Numbered from the stretch's first letter, positions 15,295 through 24,213 are shown. The stretch: 36,710 nucleotides of DNA from an uncultured virus (IMG/VR IMGVR_UViG_3300044712_001838) (IMGVR_UViG_3300044712_001838), one strand, 5' to 3'. Notes: generated from the sequence alone by a model not told the origin. Numbers and translations: made by a program.

Positions 15295-16034
15295 CTCCTG
15301 TCGCCTTCCGGGTTTGGCGGTACCGGCCAGAACCAGCCGTTCGGGAAAACGCCGACGGGTGTTACGCCGAGCAGGCGACACTGTTTTCGAGAAAACGCCG
15401 ACACTCAATTCTTTTGAACTCTAATAGATTTTCGCTATTGCGATCAATTCCGTTGAGTTCTTTAGCGAAATCCTAACGAGTGCGACACCAGTGCCGAAAA
15501 CGCCGACACCGTCGCCTGCTAGTCCGGCGTGTAGCGCAGCATGCCCGCATTTGCGTTCCTGAGCGTTCTGGCGGGCTTTCTGGCGATGCGCAGCCCGACG
15601 GAGCCAAACACGCAGGCGACGCGCCAGGCGCGTTCTAATTGCCTTTTAGCAAAATTCTAAAGAGTGCGGGAGAGTGCGGCACCGAGATTACACTAATTCT
15701 ATAAATTTCGGGCGCGACAAACAGGCGATCACTCGCCTGGATGGACGGGAATAATTTGGTCGCCTTCGTGTTGCGAGCGGTCGCGGGAAGGTTGCGAGCG
15801 GTCGCAATCGTCGCCTGCGAGCTATTTATATCGTTTCATGGTATGGGGCGGGAGCGGTTCAATAGAATTTTTCTAAAGAGTCGATAAGCCATTACAAAGC
15901 ATTGTCTAGCCTCTCCGGAGTTGGTCGATGACCCCGAACGACCGAACTTGAAGGCGACTTGGTCCCATAACCCGCCTGACTTCTGCTCCCGCCCGCTTGA
16001 TGATGCGGGAATAATATATCGCGGGATTGGGGAG
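15295..16034. other. putative replication origin / non-coding control region
   Basis: No credible ORF; clustered repeats, AT-rich patches; apparent GC-skew switch. Confidence 0.55.
15770..15805 (+). repeat. 15-bp direct repeat GTTGCGAGCGGTCGC x2
   Basis: 15770-15784 and 15791-15805, 21-bp period. Confidence 0.9.
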
Positions 16035-16038
16035 TCAA
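16011..16038 (-). promoter_or_regulatory. sigma70-like promoter facing the non-coding region
   Basis: TTGACT-N16-TATTAT. Confidence 0.5.
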
Positions 16039-16565
16039 GGCAAAACTTTGAGAAAACGCCGACGAGGGGTTGAATCGAAAAACCTGAGCAACTCTTGGAT
16101 CTTGAAGGCGGCATCTGACGGGGAGAGCGAGTCGGCAGCTAATTGCGCGTCCCTGGCGTTGGCGTAAGAAAGTTCCCTGGCATTGGCGTCGAACTGGACG
16201 GGCGGGCGGCTGGCAGGTGTTGAAGGGTCGCCAGCGACACGGCGGGCGAGGGTATCTGGATTGGCGGTCAGGTGTACGATAAAGGCGTTGTGCTTGAGGC
16301 AGGCGACGGAATCGGGGTTAAGGGCAAAGCCGGCACCTGTAGCGATGATGGTCATGTCTTTGGAGGCGGCTTCTTGGATGGCAAGGGTTTCGAGGTAACG
16401 GAAGAAGGGTTCCCCGTACAGGTTGAAGACTTGGGAGATAGACAAACCGGAGCATTCTTGGATGATCTGGTCGGTGTCAAGGAAGGACCAACCGAGGGTT
16501 TCGGAGAGGCAAAATCCTATTGTAGTCTTACCGGAGCCTCTTGGACCGATGAGAGCGATGTTCAA
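16035..16565 (-). CDS. aroK: shikimate kinase
   Basis: Walker A GPRGSGKT, DTD, GEPFFRYLE, IIATGAG, RP lid motif. Confidence 0.85.
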   Translation of the reverse strand: MNIALIGPRGSGKTTIGFCLSETLGWSFLDTDQIIQECSGLSISQVFNLYGEPFFRYLETLAIQEAASKDMTIIATGAGFALNPDSVACLKHNAFIVHLTANPDTLARRVAGDPSTPASRPPVQFDANARELSYANARDAQLAADSLSPSDAAFKIQELLRFFDSTPRRRFLKVLP

Positions 16566-17500
16566 GCGAGTTCTTTCTTCAAGCTGGCGTCCATCTTTGT
16601 GGCGGCGTCAAGGAGTTCCTTGGCATAGAGGGCGTTCATATCGACCCTGTAGCGGCGTTGTCCAGCGGACCGGAAAGGGAGCCAAGTCTTGTTCAGGTCG
16701 TCCATGGCGATATTGATCATGCAAAGCTCGACCAATCTGTCGCGGATGGCAGTCCAGGCGGGGGAAGCCGGATCAGGGGGAGTGTATTTGAAAGGTGTGA
16801 GGTAGGCGACCTTGAGGGCGGAGTCGTAAGAGCCGCCGCGCATGGCTTCGACGAAGGCGTTGTATTTCTTATCTTCGTTGGGCATGATGTCGTCTTCGAG
16901 GCTGAACAGGAGTCTGTCGTGTTCCTTGGAAGCCCGATCAAGGGTTTGGAGCTTCTGTTTGGTTTGGATGACCCAATTGAGCCAAGAGTCGGCGTCTAGT
17001 TTGAGGGTATTGGCGTATTTCTGGCGGTCGATGCCGTCGGTGGCTTTGAAGAGGATATCCTTCATTTTTGGGAGCCAGTCGGGGTGGAAGAGGGCTAAGC
17101 CGAAGCCGTAGTGTCGGAAGCGGTGTTCGATGGATTCCTGTTGGATGTAGCCGAGGAAGTCGCTTATGGAGTCGATCTTGATGGGGAAGGCGGCTTCTTT
17201 GGGATGGTTTTGCTTGAAGTCGGCTGAGTAGGCGATGTCGCCTTTATTGACCATTTTCCTGATGGTGGCGAGGATATGGTCGGTTATGGGGGATTGCTGG
17301 ATGTCTTTGATTTGCCCTGCGCCGTCGTAGGTGCCGTAGATGGGCAGGAACATGGGTTGCCAGAGGTCTGTTGAAGAGAGGATTGAGTTATCTCTACCTC
17401 CCTTGAGTTTACGTTGGACGAGGATGATTAGTCCTGCTTGGGTTTTGGACTCGAAGATGGGGAGACCGGAGAAGATGCAGGTGGCGTTGAAGGTACCCAT
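16562..17500 (-). CDS. large-phage hypothetical protein (MGxFNxTCxxSxLPI family)
   Basis: AGGAGAG RBS; WQPMFLPIYGTYDGAG. Confidence 0.75.
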   Translation of the reverse strand: MGTFNATCIFSGLPIFESKTQAGLIILVQRKLKGGRDNSILSSTDLWQPMFLPIYGTYDGAGQIKDIQQSPITDHILATIRKMVNKGDIAYSADFKQNHPKEAAFPIKIDSISDFLGYIQQESIEHRFRHYGFGLALFHPDWLPKMKDILFKATDGIDRQKYANTLKLDADSWLNWVIQTKQKLQTLDRASKEHDRLLFSLEDDIMPNEDKKYNAFVEAMRGGSYDSALKVAYLTPFKYTPPDPASPAWTAIRDRLVELCMINIAMDDLNKTWLPFRSAGQRRYRVDMNALYAKELLDAATKMDASLKKELA

Positions 17501-17504
17501 TGTC

Positions 17505-17834
17505 TTAGTATCTCTCCTCGTAGATGTCAACAGAGTCGCGAGACATTTGGCGGATGGTGGCGCGGTCTTCCAATTCTTGGCGGCTGAGGTTGAAATCGGG
17601 GATCGAGCCTTTGCTGAGGGCTGATTCGACTTCTTCTTTGGAGTTGAAGTAACGGGTTGTTTTACCCCAAGAGCCGTCTAGCTGAAGGTAGCGGTTGATG
17701 GGGTCGCCGTCTGGACCGTCGATGGAAGAGGCGGCGAACCATTTTCCTACAAAGTCTTTGCCGCAGATGATGGGGCTATCGATGGAGCGGATACGGAGGT
17801 TTGGGATTTTTGTTCCCATGTTATCTTCTTCCAT
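17505..17834 (-). CDS. hypothetical protein
   Basis: ORF downstream of a promoter; start 17834 or 17819. Confidence 0.7.
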   Translation of the reverse strand: MEEDNMGTKIPNLRIRSIDSPIICGKDFVGKWFAASSIDGPDGDPINRYLQLDGSWGKTTRYFNSKEEVESALSKGSIPDFNLSRQELEDRATIRQMSRDSVDIYEERY

Positions 17835-17880
17835 GCCTACGTTTTCTTTCCCCGCGAAGGGCTGTTGGGTTCACGGTTTA

Positions 17881-17908
17881 ACTATACCATGCAGGCGATA
17901 TGTGTCAA
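17881..17908 (-). promoter_or_regulatory. sigma70-like promoter
   Basis: TTGACA-N16-TATAGT with TG extension. Confidence 0.7.
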
Positions 17909-18069
17909 GGGGAAACGTAGACGCCTATATACAAACCGTCTTGTCGGAAGATGGCGACTCCCTGATCTGACTTGAGGGTTTTAACGATTGACCTGGCTTT
18001 ACGGCAGGCTTTATGGAGTGTCATCAGGTTGGAGATGCGTTTACCTTCTTGGAAGACGGCGAACCTCAT
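17905..18069 (-). CDS. small hypothetical protein (54 aa)
   Basis: GGGG RBS; MRFAVFQEGK…; fills the gap. Confidence 0.5.
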   Translation of the reverse strand: MRFAVFQEGKRISNLMTLHKACRKARSIVKTLKSDQGVAIFRQDGLYIGVYVSP

Positions 18070-18104
18070 TTTCTTTCCCCGCGATGGTCGGCTTCTAGGG
18101 CAGG

Positions 18105-18635
18105 TTATTCTGCCCCCGTGATAATGGGGATCAGGTTAGGCCCTTTGGAACCCATGAGACCGATGGTGTCGTAGATGCAGATCCAGTCTTGGAAGGTATA
18201 GGGGTTGGTGTAATGGATAGTCTGAGCGGGTTGTCGCCTGAAGAGCAGGATGTAGTCGCAGCCTTTAGTCTGTAGTCTTGCGATCTCTCTGTCGAGCTTC
18301 TTCTGGAGATTAGCTTTGATATCGGCTTCTTCGGAGTAGGGTCCACAGAATTCGATTTGGAAAAGAGGGGCGAGGACGAAATTACACCCTGAGACGGGGA
18401 GTATTGATTCCGATGGGGGATTGTAACCTGAGACAACGAAAGCAGTTCCATTGGTTAGGCGTGCTGCCGCCATCTTGTCGTGGGGTATGAATACTTCCTT
18501 GATGGTAAGGTTTGTCTGGACGATTTTTGCGGCCGGAACTGTTGAGACAGTCGGATTTGCCGATTCTTTAGCGGGGGTTTTGAAGCCGAAGAGAGCCAAA
18601 CCGCTTAGGCTTGCGAGGAATGATCTGCGTTGCAT
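18105..18635 (-). CDS. hypothetical protein with twin-arginine-like N-terminus
   Basis: MQRRSFLASLSGLALFG. Confidence 0.7.
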   Translation of the reverse strand: MQRRSFLASLSGLALFGFKTPAKESANPTVSTVPAAKIVQTNLTIKEVFIPHDKMAAARLTNGTAFVVSGYNPPSESILPVSGCNFVLAPLFQIEFCGPYSEEADIKANLQKKLDREIARLQTKGCDYILLFRRQPAQTIHYTNPYTFQDWICIYDTIGLMGSKGPNLIPIITGAE

Positions 18636-18641
18636 GTGATT

Positions 18642-18944
18642 TTACTCCGAAGGGGACTGTTCGATGGGACCGAGATGTTTGGGATCGGTAGCCCGTCCGA
18701 GTTGAACGGAGAGGACATTGAAGTCGCCTGCCAAGCTGGCGACGTCGTAGGCTTCTTGAAGTTCGAGGACGTGTTGTTCGAGGACGGCTTGTTCGAGGTT
18801 TTTGTCGGGGTCAGTTTTGATGTCGCCGTTCTTGAAGTTTAGTCGCATACAATCCATCTCGTCATCGTTGACGGGGCGTGTAAAGGCGACGACAATCAGC
18901 GCGGAATCCTTTGATGAGAAGTGTGCGAGGTTGCGACTAAGCAT
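18642..18944 (-). CDS. hypothetical protein
   Basis: GGAG RBS. Confidence 0.7.
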   Translation of the reverse strand: MLSRNLAHFSSKDSALIVVAFTRPVNDDEMDCMRLNFKNGDIKTDPDKNLEQAVLEQHVLELQEAYDVASLAGDFNVLSVQLGRATDPKHLGPIEQSPSE

Positions 18945-18946
18945 GG

Positions 18947-19387
18947 TTATACTCCGGAGTGGTCGGGGTGGTTAAGGTCGTATTCCTTAAGGGTTTGGAG
19001 ATTAGCCCTTGCCAGACAGAGGGCTGCGGGGTTGGAGGGGTTATCCAAGCCGCGTTTGATGTTGGAGATGATGGCTCTTAGGGCTTGGGTATGGACTTTG
19101 ACGAAGAGGTCGTCTTCTTGGGTTTGGTCGTCCATTATCTTTTCCCCGCGATCAGAGGCGGCTTTTCTGGCGGCTTCGTATTCCTGAGGGGAATCGAAGC
19201 TGATGGTTTTGACGAGTTTGTAGTGTTTCCAGTCTTCGCTTTCATGGGCGGAGAATCGGCAGGGGTTACGGTTTCCAAACTCATTGTGGCAAAACCTTGT
19301 CCAGGTGTTGTCTTGGTTCCTGGACGAGCCGAAGTGGGTGCTTCCGCACTTGGAGCAGACCCATTGCAGGGATTCTGTTTCTTTCAT
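18947..19387 (-). CDS. zinc-ribbon hypothetical protein
   Basis: WVCSKCG…FCH…C. Confidence 0.7.
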   Translation of the reverse strand: MKETESLQWVCSKCGSTHFGSSRNQDNTWTRFCHNEFGNRNPCRFSAHESEDWKHYKLVKTISFDSPQEYEAARKAASDRGEKIMDDQTQEDDLFVKVHTQALRAIISNIKRGLDNPSNPAALCLARANLQTLKEYDLNHPDHSGV

Positions 19388-19800
19388 GCGGGTGTTTCCT
19401 CATTTTTGCCGCCGAGGTACGAGCTTTGGACGGGGACGCCGACGATTTTGCGGGCGTAGGCGTCGAGCTTGTTGTGTTTGAGGCGTTTTTCGATGGCGGA
19501 CCATTTCTGAGTCGCCATATGGAGAGCGATATGGGATCGGACGGCGAGAGGCAGGGTCGGCAAAACGCCGATGGGGGCTTTTTTGGCGCGGGCGATGGCG
19601 GCGCAGCGACCCCGACGCTTGTTGAAGACATCGGCGATGGTGCAGACGGACATTCCGGCATGGAGTTCGTCCTGTCCGGTCGCCTGATTGGTCTGCTGAA
19701 TGAAGGCGACGGTGATGCCGCCGCGACAATGGATGTTCTCGTTATTCTCGCCTGTGCGGACACGGAAGTGGAAGACGGTTGTCTTTGGGTCAATGGGCAT
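19384..19800 (-). CDS. phage hypothetical protein
   Basis: AAGGAG RBS; GGITVAF…CTIADVFNKRRGR. Confidence 0.75.
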   Translation of the reverse strand: MPIDPKTTVFHFRVRTGENNENIHCRGGITVAFIQQTNQATGQDELHAGMSVCTIADVFNKRRGRCAAIARAKKAPIGVLPTLPLAVRSHIALHMATQKWSAIEKRLKHNKLDAYARKIVGVPVQSSYLGGKNEETPA

Positions 19801-19820
19801 GGTTGATCTCCTTGGGTTGA

Positions 19821-19848
19821 ATGATACCTAAACGGGGGTGAATGTCAA
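19821..19848 (-). promoter_or_regulatory. sigma70-like promoter
   Basis: TTGACA-N16-TATCAT. Confidence 0.6.
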
Positions 19849-19859
19849 GTGAAATCCGG

Positions 19860-20123
19860 CTAAGACTGGGCGTATTTCTCCAGCGGCTCGAATTTGAGGT
19901 TCTTATGTCCTAGAGATTCAAGTGCGGCTTTGATATGCTCAGGGTTATTGCTATAGATGACTTTGGGTTTGAGCATCTTGCGGACGTATGGCTTGCTTAA
20001 GAGTTCTTGCATATCCCCTTTGTCTGCGACACTGAGGTAGTCGGTCTGCCAGTACTGGAGGTAGAACGACTGTAATATTGATAGTGCTTTTTTGAAGTCT
20101 CTCTTGGCTGTTTGTTTTTTCAT
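19860..20123 (-). CDS. hypothetical protein
   Basis: AGGAG RBS. Confidence 0.65.
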   Translation of the reverse strand: MKKQTAKRDFKKALSILQSFYLQYWQTDYLSVADKGDMQELLSKPYVRKMLKPKVIYSNNPEHIKAALESLGHKNLKFEPLEKYAQS

Positions 20124-20150
20124 GATGCTTTGCGCTCCTAATAGAATCGC

Positions 20151-20480
20151 CTATTTTTCGCCAGTGTACCAAGCACCGCAAGCGTTGCACTTGTAATGGT
20201 TTGGGTTGGTAGAAGACTGGCGGAACACATTGCACAAGCAATCGCAACGAAATGAGGGGTTGGAACGACCATTGAGGAAGATCATTTTGTCCTCGTCGGT
20301 CGTCTGTTCCGGCTCGGGGATAGGCGTGTCGCCTTCTGAGTTGAGGATGTTGATGATCTTTCCGGCGAACTTGTACCAATCGTCGTTGGACAAGCCATTG
20401 GGGCGGTCTACCAAGTGTTCCTTGATAGCCGAGCCTTGGATGAGACCGATTCCGATGTCGTCGAAGCTGAACTTGTTCAT
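20151..20480 (-). CDS. hypothetical protein with C-terminal zinc ribbon
   Basis: FRCDCLCNVF…YKCNACG. Confidence 0.7.
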   Translation of the reverse strand: MNKFSFDDIGIGLIQGSAIKEHLVDRPNGLSNDDWYKFAGKIINILNSEGDTPIPEPEQTTDEDKMIFLNGRSNPSFRCDCLCNVFRQSSTNPNHYKCNACGAWYTGEK

Positions 20481-21280
20481 TTCGTTTTCCCCGTAGGCGG
20501 CGCGAACTTAGCGATTTGAGGCTCGTCCTTTTCAAGCGGCGAGATTTTCCTAACGAGTTTGAGGGCTGTCGTCCCGATGGTGCCATTGGGCGCAGGTTCG
20601 ACGTAGGCAGACAAGGTTCTGAGTTTTTCTTTTGGCGTATTCCAGAAGAGGTCGGCTTCGAGTGCCATGGGGTACGGTGGCGGGTTCCAGAAGAGATTGG
20701 CGTATTGTCTTATATGGGCGGCGGCGAGTCTTTGATTCATGGGCGCAGGGGTAACGACATGGCACATCCAAATCTCCAATACGCGGCATGTCGGTGGGAG
20801 ACGGTATTGGCTTTGTGTTGGTTCTCCGCCGATTTCGCGCATGTATTCCCGCGCTCCGCACAGGCTTGAAAAGGCGAAGAGCTTGCTGTTGGGGATCTGG
20901 GGCTTTGCCCATTGGTCGGGGGCGTATGTAACATCGTGTTTAGAACCGCAGGACGAGAAGGAACACCGACGATTTCCGAGTACGGAGACGATCTTGAAGG
21001 CGATGTTGGGGCCTTTGACCTTGACGAACTCGTCGTCGCGGGTATTGATACGGAAGTTGTCGATGATGCGATCTTCAGAGACGACGTCTCGTCGCCATCC
21101 GTAGTAGACTCCGGATTCGTTTTTGGACGGTTCGAGGACGGTGATAGGCGAGTGTTCGAGGTTTGTTCCCTTCCAGCTTTTGTAGATGACCTGGTCGCCT
21201 GCTTGGAGCTTAAGGTCGTGGATGGGCTTGTTGTAAAGGCTTCCGCAATGCTCGCAATGGGTCTTGATGGTTCGTTTCAT
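20477..21280 (-). CDS. hypothetical protein; C-terminal domain paralogous to 32879-33301
   Basis: WAKPQIPNSKLFAF…PAPNGTIGTTALKL. Confidence 0.7.
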   Translation of the reverse strand: MKRTIKTHCEHCGSLYNKPIHDLKLQAGDQVIYKSWKGTNLEHSPITVLEPSKNESGVYYGWRRDVVSEDRIIDNFRINTRDDEFVKVKGPNIAFKIVSVLGNRRCSFSSCGSKHDVTYAPDQWAKPQIPNSKLFAFSSLCGAREYMREIGGEPTQSQYRLPPTCRVLEIWMCHVVTPAPMNQRLAAAHIRQYANLFWNPPPYPMALEADLFWNTPKEKLRTLSAYVEPAPNGTIGTTALKLVRKISPLEKDEPQIAKFAPPTGKTK

Positions 21281-21298
21281 TTTCCCGAAATCCTTGTC

Positions 21299-21445
21299 CT
21301 AGTTGATTTTATGAAGGGTACAGGTCGTGAAGCCATGGCTCCATTGGCAATTGGACGATGGGCAATAGTGCCCGACGGAGTCTTTCTTGCGTTTGGCTCC
21401 GCAGTACTTGCAGTAGACGGGGCAAGGGCACTTAGGCTTTGGCAT
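21299..21445 (-). CDS. small Cys-rich protein (48 aa)
   Basis: AAGGA RBS; CPCPVYCKYCG…YCPSSNC. Confidence 0.6.
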   Translation of the reverse strand: MPKPKCPCPVYCKYCGAKRKKDSVGHYCPSSNCQWSHGFTTCTLHKIN

Positions 21446-21453
21446 TTGGGTCC

Positions 21454-21759
21454 TTAGCGGTAACCGAATTCGGCAGGGTCAGGCGTAATCGGCGGCTGGT
21501 TGGCATCGAGCAGGAAGTCGACGAGGGAGATGGCGTCGCAGAACATGAGGGCTTTGCCGTCGTCGTCGGTCATGGGGTGTTTGGCAGCTTCCTTGTAGAC
21601 CTTCCAATGTTCGATTATCTTCCCCTTAACGCGGGGGAACCGGACACACCGGAAGGCGTCGATTGTGAAGGATTCAATGCTTGACGTTGAGGGGTTCAGA
21701 AGCTCCTTTAGGAAGTCTTCCTTTGCCTCCAGCGTTTTGACGAGATCGGAAGCTTTCAT
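21454..21759 (-). CDS. hypothetical protein
   Basis: Coupled ORF. Confidence 0.65.
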   Translation of the reverse strand: MKASDLVKTLEAKEDFLKELLNPSTSSIESFTIDAFRCVRFPRVKGKIIEHWKVYKEAAKHPMTDDDGKALMFCDAISLVDFLLDANQPPITPDPAEFGYR

Positions 21760-22244
21760 TTAGGTTTTGCCTTGGGGAAGTGGCGAGCTAGAGTCTCTGC
21801 CGTTTCGGGGTCATACTTCTTGATGATGGCGTTTGTGTCTTCAAGCCCTTCGAGGAAGTCTGGTTCGGAGCCGAATACCTCATTCCAGATGGCGGCGGAC
21901 TGTTCGAGCAGACATTCGTATCCTGGATGTCTCTCGACTTCTAGTGCGCGGGAGAGAAGGGCGTGAGCCGTTCCTCCGATGAGGGGGAGGCATGCTGGAC
22001 ATTCATCAGCGTTCTTTTTGGAATCGGTCGCGATCGCTCGTTGCTCTTCGAGGAAGAGGAAGCGGTATCCTTTTGGCTCGTTCTCGAAGACGCATTTCCA
22101 AACGTCCCAACGGAAAGACTCGTTGGGCTTGGCTGCTTGGATGGACGCCTTCAGGGAGCGGAGGCATTCGTCCTTTTTGAAGCTCTTTTTGGCGGCTTTG
22201 AAAGCCTGTAGTGCCTTTCGGGCGTCTTCGACGCAATCGCTCAT
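21756..22244 (-). CDS. hypothetical protein
   Basis: ATGA-coupled start. Confidence 0.65.
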   Translation of the reverse strand: MSDCVEDARKALQAFKAAKKSFKKDECLRSLKASIQAAKPNESFRWDVWKCVFENEPKGYRFLFLEEQRAIATDSKKNADECPACLPLIGGTAHALLSRALEVERHPGYECLLEQSAAIWNEVFGSEPDFLEGLEDTNAIIKKYDPETAETLARHFPKAKPK

Positions 22245-22519
22245 TTGACCGTCCCATCGCAACGGAGTCCGTCCTCGCGAGGGTTGTCGCGGGGTTCTTC
22301 CTTACTGGGAAGGTTTTGGAGAAGCAGGTTGATTTCTTTGATGTTGTCCAAGTAGGAAGCACGCATGGTGCGCCCGTGCTCGTCCGCTCCGAGGGAGTTC
22401 TTAGGTTCGAGAGACATGGCGAAGTCCTGCAAGGCGACATGCACTGTCATGGTTTGGGCGACATTGAGCCTTTGCCCGTTGACGGTAATCTCGATCTGGT
22501 TTACTTGGTCTAGCGTCAT
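22241..22519 (-). CDS. hypothetical protein
   Basis: MTLDQVNQIEITVNG…. Confidence 0.65.
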   Translation of the reverse strand: MTLDQVNQIEITVNGQRLNVAQTMTVHVALQDFAMSLEPKNSLGADEHGRTMRASYLDNIKEINLLLQNLPSKEEPRDNPREDGLRCDGTVK

Positions 22520-22523
22520 GGAC

Positions 22524-22739
22524 CTACAGGCCCTTATCGACAAGCGGGACGACGAAGCACTGGCTGATCCAGTACTCGAACTCCTCCATGCTCGTACAGT
22601 CCTTTTGCCATCGTCGGCAGTTGCATGGATTACGACCGTCAAAATGTCTGAAAAACAATTCGTCCCCGCATCGCTTATACGCCTTCACGAAGCCATATTC
22701 AAGCGTAAAATCCTGAATATCGAGATAGTATTGGGGCAT
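22524..22739 (-). CDS. hypothetical protein
   Basis: AGGAGG RBS. Confidence 0.6.
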   Translation of the reverse strand: MPQYYLDIQDFTLEYGFVKAYKRCGDELFFRHFDGRNPCNCRRWQKDCTSMEEFEYWISQCFVVPLVDKGL

Positions 22740-22750
22740 CACTTTGCCTC

Positions 22751-22981
22751 CTAGACAACCAAAATCCGGCGCAAGCCTTGGATGGATCGGTACATTTGAA
22801 CCCATCTACATCCCTTGTAGTGCCCGTGTGAACTAATCTCGGGATCGGAACGCCCGCAAAACTTGCACTTGTAGTACGGATTCCCATGTTCAATGCGCAC
22901 GGTAGGGTAGGAACCGTCCGTCTTCCCCCATCGCTGTTCGAGCATTTCGATGTATTCTTCAAACGTGCGCTTATGGTACAT
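22751..22981 (-). CDS. small Cys/His protein
   Basis: YKCKFCG…HYKGC. Confidence 0.65.
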   Translation of the reverse strand: MYHKRTFEEYIEMLEQRWGKTDGSYPTVRIEHGNPYYKCKFCGRSDPEISSHGHYKGCRWVQMYRSIQGLRRILVV

Positions 22982-22992
22982 TGCCTGCCTTT

Positions 22993-23385
22993 TCAACCGC
23001 CTTCGGGGAAGGCTTGTTGTTCCTCGAAGCCGCCGTATTCGTATCCGTTGTTCCGAACGTGGGCGATCGCATCATCCAGTTTCAAGAACTTCTCGTTCAG
23101 CGCGTGAAAATGCTGCCCTGGAACGAACTTGGTAACTCTGGCGGTCGGCTTCTGGTTTGGCTTCCAGTATTTAAGGTCATTGATTCGGACGCGGATGGCG
23201 TCGGCATCCTCGCGTGCGAAGGCGGACAAGAGGCAAGCCCAATGGATGTCCCAAAGCTGTCCAGTTGAGACGCCGTGCAAAAGATTTCTAGCTGCGTATT
23301 CGGCGAAGTTACGCCCGTTGAAGCCAAGGCTAATCAAGCCCTCTTCGTCGGCTGTAAGCTTGGCATGGGCGTCGTAGCTCATCAT
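22993..23385 (-). CDS. hypothetical protein
   Basis: ATGA-coupled start. Confidence 0.65.
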   Translation of the reverse strand: MMSYDAHAKLTADEEGLISLGFNGRNFAEYAARNLLHGVSTGQLWDIHWACLLSAFAREDADAIRVRINDLKYWKPNQKPTARVTKFVPGQHFHALNEKFLKLDDAIAHVRNNGYEYGGFEEQQAFPEGG

Positions 23386-23876
23386 TTGCCTTCGCAGTAA
23401 AGCTCGATCTTCTGCCGCTGGAACTGTCCGATGCCGTAGGTTCCGGTGTTGCTCATGGCTTCGAGTGCGCGCCATTCGTCTTCGGTAGCGTACTTAACGC
23501 CCTTGATCGGTTTACAACAACGATATGGCGGGTGCAGAATGCCGGCATGCGACATGTTGGGATCTTCGAGACCACAAATTTCGACGCGGCTCATGAGGAA
23601 GCAGAAATGCGGGATGGCAATCGAAAACATGACGATAGGACCACCGTCCTCGTTCCAAGCGTCTTTCTCATCCATGCCAAAGCGTCTGATTTGAACGCCT
23701 GGCATTCTGCCGACCTCTGTGCTCAACAGAGAGAAGCCCTTGCAAGCTACGTCGCCTGCTCGGAGGATGCGCGGGGCGGGCTTGTAGGGGTAGCCCCGTT
23801 TGGCGTCTTCCGGAGAGGAGGGGACGCAAAGCTCTTTCCCGTTCTCGTCGAAGTAGAAGAGAATTGTGTCAAACAT
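23382..23876 (-). CDS. hypothetical protein
   Basis: GAGGAGG RBS. Confidence 0.7.
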   Translation of the reverse strand: MFDTILFYFDENGKELCVPSSPEDAKRGYPYKPAPRILRAGDVACKGFSLLSTEVGRMPGVQIRRFGMDEKDAWNEDGGPIVMFSIAIPHFCFLMSRVEICGLEDPNMSHAGILHPPYRCCKPIKGVKYATEDEWRALEAMSNTGTYGIGQFQRQKIELYCEGK

Positions 23877-23877
23877 A

Positions 23878-24159
23878 TTAACCCTCCTCTTCCTCGTCGC
23901 CTTCGGGTTCAGGCAAGGCTTCTTCGAGAGTCTGCCGGATAGCGTTGGCGAAATCGGTATGGTGAATGGATTCGCAGAAGAATTCGGGAGCCTCGTCTGG
24001 CGTTCCGGCGTCGATCCAATCCTGCGCGTCTTTCAGCAGGCGAACGAGGTCTTGCTGCTCGTCTTCGGAGAGTTGATGGGCGGCCCAACAGGCGTCGGAG
24101 AGCTTGCGGGCGACCTTCATTGCCTTGGACTCGGTTGGCTTCTTGGCTTTGGCAGGCAT
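23878..24159 (-). CDS. acidic hypothetical protein
   Basis: AGGAG RBS; first gene after a promoter. Confidence 0.7.
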   Translation of the reverse strand: MPAKAKKPTESKAMKVARKLSDACWAAHQLSEDEQQDLVRLLKDAQDWIDAGTPDEAPEFFCESIHHTDFANAIRQTLEEALPEPEGDEEEEG

Positions 24160-24185
24160 GGCTTGTCTCCTGTTCGTCTTCACGG

Positions 24186-24213
24186 ACTATACCATGCGAT
24201 AGAGTTGTGTCAA
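24186..24213 (-). promoter_or_regulatory. sigma70-like promoter
   Basis: TTGACA-N16-TATAGT with TG extension. Confidence 0.7.
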
